Assembly (NCBI GenBank): GCA_902597375.1 | Contig: CACJXH010000003.1 | Span: forward strand, 1 to 45,397 | From: an uncultured Candidatus Actinomarina sp. | Lineage (GTDB): Bacteria > Actinomycetota > Acidimicrobiia > Actinomarinales > Actinomarinaceae | Length of the DNA: 45,397 nucleotides | Reading direction: 5' to 3' | Shown here: positions 42,270-45,397 of the stretch, piece by piece | How positions within the stretch are numbered: position 1 is the stretch's first letter | Layout: each line of letters opens with the position of its first letter | Notes under the pieces: model-generated | What the model saw: the letters and a program-made list of their open reading frames with translations, nothing else | Database searches by the model: none | What the model was told of the DNA's origin: nothing | Program-made: the position numbers and the translations under genes

Positions 42270-42480
42270 AAAAACTTTCGTAAATGTCATCTTTTGTTTG
42301 TTTTAATTTTTTTGCAACATTTCGATAAGTTTGTACAATTCCTATTTTTTTCAAAAAGTTGTAAGGAGCCCTAAAAATTTTATCTTCAAAAGAAAGAAAA
42401 TTATTCACAAATTTTGAAGAATTCTTTTCATCGTCTTTTTCGTAATATTCTTCATCGTAAAATGTATTCTCGTCAATCAT
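42256..42480 (-). CDS. Hypothetical 74-aa protein, first gene of the aceA-aceB operon
   Basis: GAAAGGA SD; stop overlaps the aceA start. Confidence 0.6.
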   Translation of the reverse strand: MIDENTFYDEEYYEKDDEKNSSKFVNNFLSFEDKIFRAPYNFLKKIGIVQTYRNVAKKLKQTKDDIYESFYDGE

Positions 42481-42492
42481 TTTTTTCCTTTC

Positions 42493-42518
42493 AAAAAAAA
42501 TCCGGGCTATTTGCCCGG
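42493..42518 (-). terminator. Attenuator terminator CCGGGC-AAATA-GCCCGG-A-U8
   Basis: All-GC 6-bp stem plus 8 U, ending 12 nt before the next start codon. Confidence 0.8.
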
Positions 42519-42545
42519 TCCATCAAACGCATAAGACAGGGCTGA

Positions 42546-42590
42546 TTATGTATAAATCACCACTACTTTTGACGCGTTTAAATTTTGCAT
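42546..42590 (-). CDS. Putative leader peptide MQNLNASKVVVIYT (Val/Ile control codons)
   Basis: ATG...GTA GTG GTG ATT TAT ACA TAA; extended -10 TGCTATATT ends 6 nt upstream (leaderless geometry); followed by antiterminator and terminator. Confidence 0.7.
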   Translation of the reverse strand: MQNLNASKVVVIYT

Positions 42591-42640
42591 GAAAACAATA
42601 TAGCAGTCATTCGAAAATAATGTATTCGATTTTTGTTAAA

Positions 42641-43543
42641 TTAATTCTGACTCGCAGCCACACTAGCAATTATTACAGTTAATGTCATAACCCCTGCTGC
42701 AGCGATAAGCACTTCGTTTCTAGTAATTTTAATCTTTGGCGCAGAACTCATCACTGAAGCAAATAGTAAAATTGCCGCAGATATTATAAGAGCAAATAAA
42801 GGTGCATAATCGTGAAAATTAATAAATACTTGAGAAATTAAAACTGATATTACACCACCAAATAAAATTGCCCCCAACGGAATTACAATAGATCCAGTCA
42901 CTCTATTTCTAATTACATTTGCCTCTTTCAGCTCATATATGTCCAAACCTTTAGGTATACCAAGGACGATCACGATTGAAGCAATTATTGCTTGAGAGAC
43001 AGTTGAAAACAATACAATCCTCCAAAAAGATCCAATTACTGGAATTAGATAGGTCGTAACGTCGTCTTCAAGTATTGCTTCAATCGTTACACCAATATCT
43101 GAAGTTATTACAAATCCAATTGAAGAACCAAATATTAAACCAAGGCCAACTCCAAGAAATAACGACTCCCTATCATTTGTAAGAATTCCAAAACCTTCAT
43201 AATTTTTTTCAAGAATTTTTTTTAAGTTTATTGAACTTATTACAGCAAAAAAAGTTGTAGTTAAAGCAATATTCAAAATGTACTGAGTAGGCGTATAGTT
43301 TGCAATTAAATTTAGAGTTTCAGACTCAAGAATTAGACCTTCATAAAGATATGAACTTACAATAAACGCCTGAATAAACCCAGCAACGATTCCAAAAACT
43401 GTTCCGTACTGTAAAGCTCTAAAAATCTTAACTGAGAGTTGAGCTGGTGGGGGAATATTTTCATCAACATAACTAAGAACTGTTTCTACTGGAGCCTCTT
43501 CCACAACTGTTTCTACTGGAGCCTCTTCTACAACCGTTTCTAC
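42641..43543 (-). CDS. C-terminal part of a multi-TM hypothetical protein, 5' end lost at the junction near 43545
   Basis: Begins inside a VEEAPVETV repeat linker; no SD or convincing start; about 6 TM segments. Confidence 0.65.
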   Translation of the reverse strand, partial: VETVVEEAPVETVVEEAPVETVLSYVDENIPPPAQLSVKIFRALQYGTVFGIVAGFIQAFIVSSYLYEGLILESETLNLIANYTPTQYILNIALTTTFFAVISSINLKKILEKNYEGFGILTNDRESLFLGVGLGLIFGSSIGFVITSDIGVTIEAILEDDVTTYLIPVIGSFWRIVLFSTVSQAIIASIVIVLGIPKGLDIYELKEANVIRNRVTGSIVIPLGAILFGGVISVLISQVFINFHDYAPLFALIISAAILLFASVMSSAPKIKITRNEVLIAAAGVMTLTVIIASVAASQN

Positions 43544-43552
43544 TGAGCCTCT
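43478..43552. repeat. 27-bp tandem repeat (about 2.7 copies) encoding VEEAPVETV
   Basis: Units begin at 43478, 43505 and 43532; the third is broken at GAGCCTCT. Confidence 0.9.
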
Positions 43553-43616
43553 AGAGGAAGAGTTTGAAAGCTCAGAAGAAGAGCCAGAATCTGGAGAGTC
43601 TAAAAACTATGAGTGA
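43545..43616 (+). other. Orphan 3' end of a gene (EPLEEEFESSEEEPESGESKNYE*), possibly cytochrome c oxidase subunit I tail
   Basis: Acidic open frame whose TGA overlaps the ctaE start; identity inferred from usual ctaD-ctaE order. Confidence 0.45.
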
Positions 43617-44193
43617 TGCCCACGCTTATCCTCATGAACCAACTGGAGTTGAAACAAGAAAATTAGGGTTTTGGGTATTTTTATCAACCGAAATCTTATT
43701 TTTTGGAACCTTAATCACTACTTTTCTAATCTTTAAAGGTAGGGATTTTCCAGGTATCAAATTAACTGATGTTTACGATATTCCATTTACATCTGTCAGT
43801 TCTTTCGTCTTATTAATGAGCTCATTAACAATGGTCCTCGCGCACAACGCCCTTGAGACTAATGATCAAGAAAAAACTAGAGTTTGGTTACTTGCAACAG
43901 CTATGCTTGGTGCTGTTTTTTTAGCTGGCCAAATTTATGAGTTTACAGAGTTTTATCATAAGGGGTTTGAACTATCAACCAACATCTTTAGTTCAACTTT
44001 TTATGTTTTGACTGGCTTTCATGGACTTCATGTATTTATTGGTGTTGTTTTGTTACTAGCTTTATGGGGTATTGGACAAAGACAAAAAGGCCTGTCTTTA
44101 AATGAAGGTATGAATCTTGAATTTATTGCACTTTATTGGCATTTTGTTGACATTGTTTGGATTGTGTTGTTTACGGTAGTCTATCTTATCTAA
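43609..44193 (+). CDS. ctaE: Cytochrome c oxidase subunit III
   Basis: LGFWVFLSTE, LLMSSLT, FYVLTGFHGLHV, YWHFVDIVW; start ATG 43609. Confidence 0.92.
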   Translation: MSDAHAYPHEPTGVETRKLGFWVFLSTEILFFGTLITTFLIFKGRDFPGIKLTDVYDIPFTSVSSFVLLMSSLTMVLAHNALETNDQEKTRVWLLATAMLGAVFLAGQIYEFTEFYHKGFELSTNIFSSTFYVLTGFHGLHVFIGVVLLLALWGIGQRQKGLSLNEGMNLEFIALYWHFVDIVWIVLFTVVYLI

Positions 44194-44492
44194 TGTCAGA
44201 AACACATAAAGAACACCCCAGCCCAACAAAATATGTACAAATTGCAATTGTTCTAGCAATACTTACAGCAATAGAGGTTGCACTATATTACACAGAAGAT
44301 ATTGTTGGCGCTCTTGCACCACCATTATTGATTATTTTAGCTGTTGGGAAATTTGTAATTGTGGTTGGTTGGTTTATGCACTTAAGATATGAAAATAGTT
44401 TGGTAAATAAATTTTTCGCAGGTGGAATGATTCTTGCTTTGATATTGTTTGCAATTGTAATGATTGAGCGTGCTGTAGGTAATTTCTTTTAA
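44193..44492 (+). CDS. Cytochrome c oxidase subunit IV family protein
   Basis: Y..IAIVLAILTAIE, KF..V..FMHLRYE; ATG 44193 overlaps the ctaE stop. Confidence 0.85.
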   Translation: MSETHKEHPSPTKYVQIAIVLAILTAIEVALYYTEDIVGALAPPLLIILAVGKFVIVVGWFMHLRYENSLVNKFFAGGMILALILFAIVMIERAVGNFF

Positions 44493-44493
44493 T

Positions 44494-45270
44494 ATGATTC
44501 TTGAATGGCATCCACATTTTGACGTATGGGCACTTATTATCTCATTAGTTATATTTTTTGAATACACAACCGATAACAATGAATTAAAAAAACCAAAGAG
44601 AAAATTTTGGTATTCTGGCTTGTTTATTCTCTGGCTCTTTACAGACTGGCCAATACATGATATTGGAGAAAAGTATTTATTTTCAGTTCACTCTGTTGAG
44701 CATCTTGTACTGGCACTTGTTTCTCCCCCATTGCTTCTTCTTGGTCTACACAGTTCACAGAAAAAACTAATATCAATAAAACCTTTTATAAATCTACTTA
44801 AAATCACTAGTAAGCCTGTAGTTGCTTTCTTTTTATTTAATTTTGTAATGGTAGGAATGCATTGGAGTACAGTTGTTAACTTGATGGTCACTAATCATAT
44901 ATTCCATTTTTTTGTACATTCAATAATGTTGCTTGTATCACTTAACATGTGGGTCCCGGTTATTGGTTTCAGCGATGAAGTAAAAAGGTTAAGTTCAGCT
45001 GCAAGCATAGGATACCTGTTCTTACAATCACTATTACCGACAGTGCCTGCAAGTTTCTTAGCATTTGGTACCGAACCTCTATATTCAGCATATGTTGGCA
45101 TTGATAACATATTTAATATTTCTACTTTGAATGACCAGGTTCTTGGTGGATTAATTTTGAAATTAGGTGGAGGAATAATTCTATGGGTATCAATATTAAC
45201 AATTTGGATGAGATGGTACAAAACAGAAAAAACCTTTGATGACGTGGTTAGAAATGTCTCATCAGACTAA
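44494..45270 (+). CDS. ctaG: caa3-type cytochrome c oxidase assembly protein
   Basis: YLFSVHSVEH..LVSPPLLLLG, PLYSAY, DQVLGGLILK. Confidence 0.85.
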   Translation: MILEWHPHFDVWALIISLVIFFEYTTDNNELKKPKRKFWYSGLFILWLFTDWPIHDIGEKYLFSVHSVEHLVLALVSPPLLLLGLHSSQKKLISIKPFINLLKITSKPVVAFFLFNFVMVGMHWSTVVNLMVTNHIFHFFVHSIMLLVSLNMWVPVIGFSDEVKRLSSAASIGYLFLQSLLPTVPASFLAFGTEPLYSAYVGIDNIFNISTLNDQVLGGLILKLGGGIILWVSILTIWMRWYKTEKTFDDVVRNVSSD

Positions 45271-45286
45271 AATTTAAATAAATCCT

Positions 45287-45397
45287 ATGGACGAAAAATT
45301 AGTAGAACAAATAAGTACAGATACAGGTGTACCTCAAGAATTGGTTTCTCGTTCAGCACAAGCTAGAGCGCAAGCTAATGGAGTTGATGTTAACGCA
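45287..45397 (+). CDS. N-terminus of a hypothetical protein (runs off window end)
   Basis: MDEKLVEQISTDTGVPQELVSRSAQARAQANGVDVNA..., open to the window end. Confidence 0.7.
   Translation, partial: MDEKLVEQISTDTGVPQELVSRSAQARAQANGVDVNA

Noticed and set aside
43478-43552. 27-bp repeats as a CRISPR array
   Set aside because: Tandem with no spacers, codon-multiple length, encode a peptide linker; no cas genes.

Overview
A low-GC, very tightly packed bacterial chromosome segment. Gene content (dnaK-grpE-dnaJ-hspR, DUF3159-like, caa3-type CtaG) and many apparently leaderless genes suggest a streamlined actinobacterium resembling Ca. Actinomarina/Acidimicrobiia; this taxonomy is inference. Most genes are housekeeping: copA/copZ, lnt, mscS, purAB, an Aap/Bzt amino-acid ABC transporter, heat-shock operon, proC, nadE, selD, rmuC, acyl-CoA dehydrogenase, aceA/aceB and cytochrome c oxidase genes. 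I saw no rRNA, tRNA, CRISPR array or mobile element. Signals the ORF track misses: (1) a complete ribosome-stalling attenuator (leader peptide MQNLNASKVVVIYT plus mutually exclusive hairpins and terminator) upstream of the glyoxylate-shunt operon rather than an ilv/leu operon; (2) two selenoprotein genes with in-frame UGA and SECIS-like hairpins (SelW/Rdx-like CxxU protein; SelD with GUACK); (3) a lipoyl/biotinyl-like domain inserted in an ABC permease; (4) two paralogous small C3H zinc-finger-like genes, one behind a perfect Rex-type box and one heading the dnaK operon; (5) a strand-switch junction at about 43545 that is probably an amplification/assembly inversion chimera.
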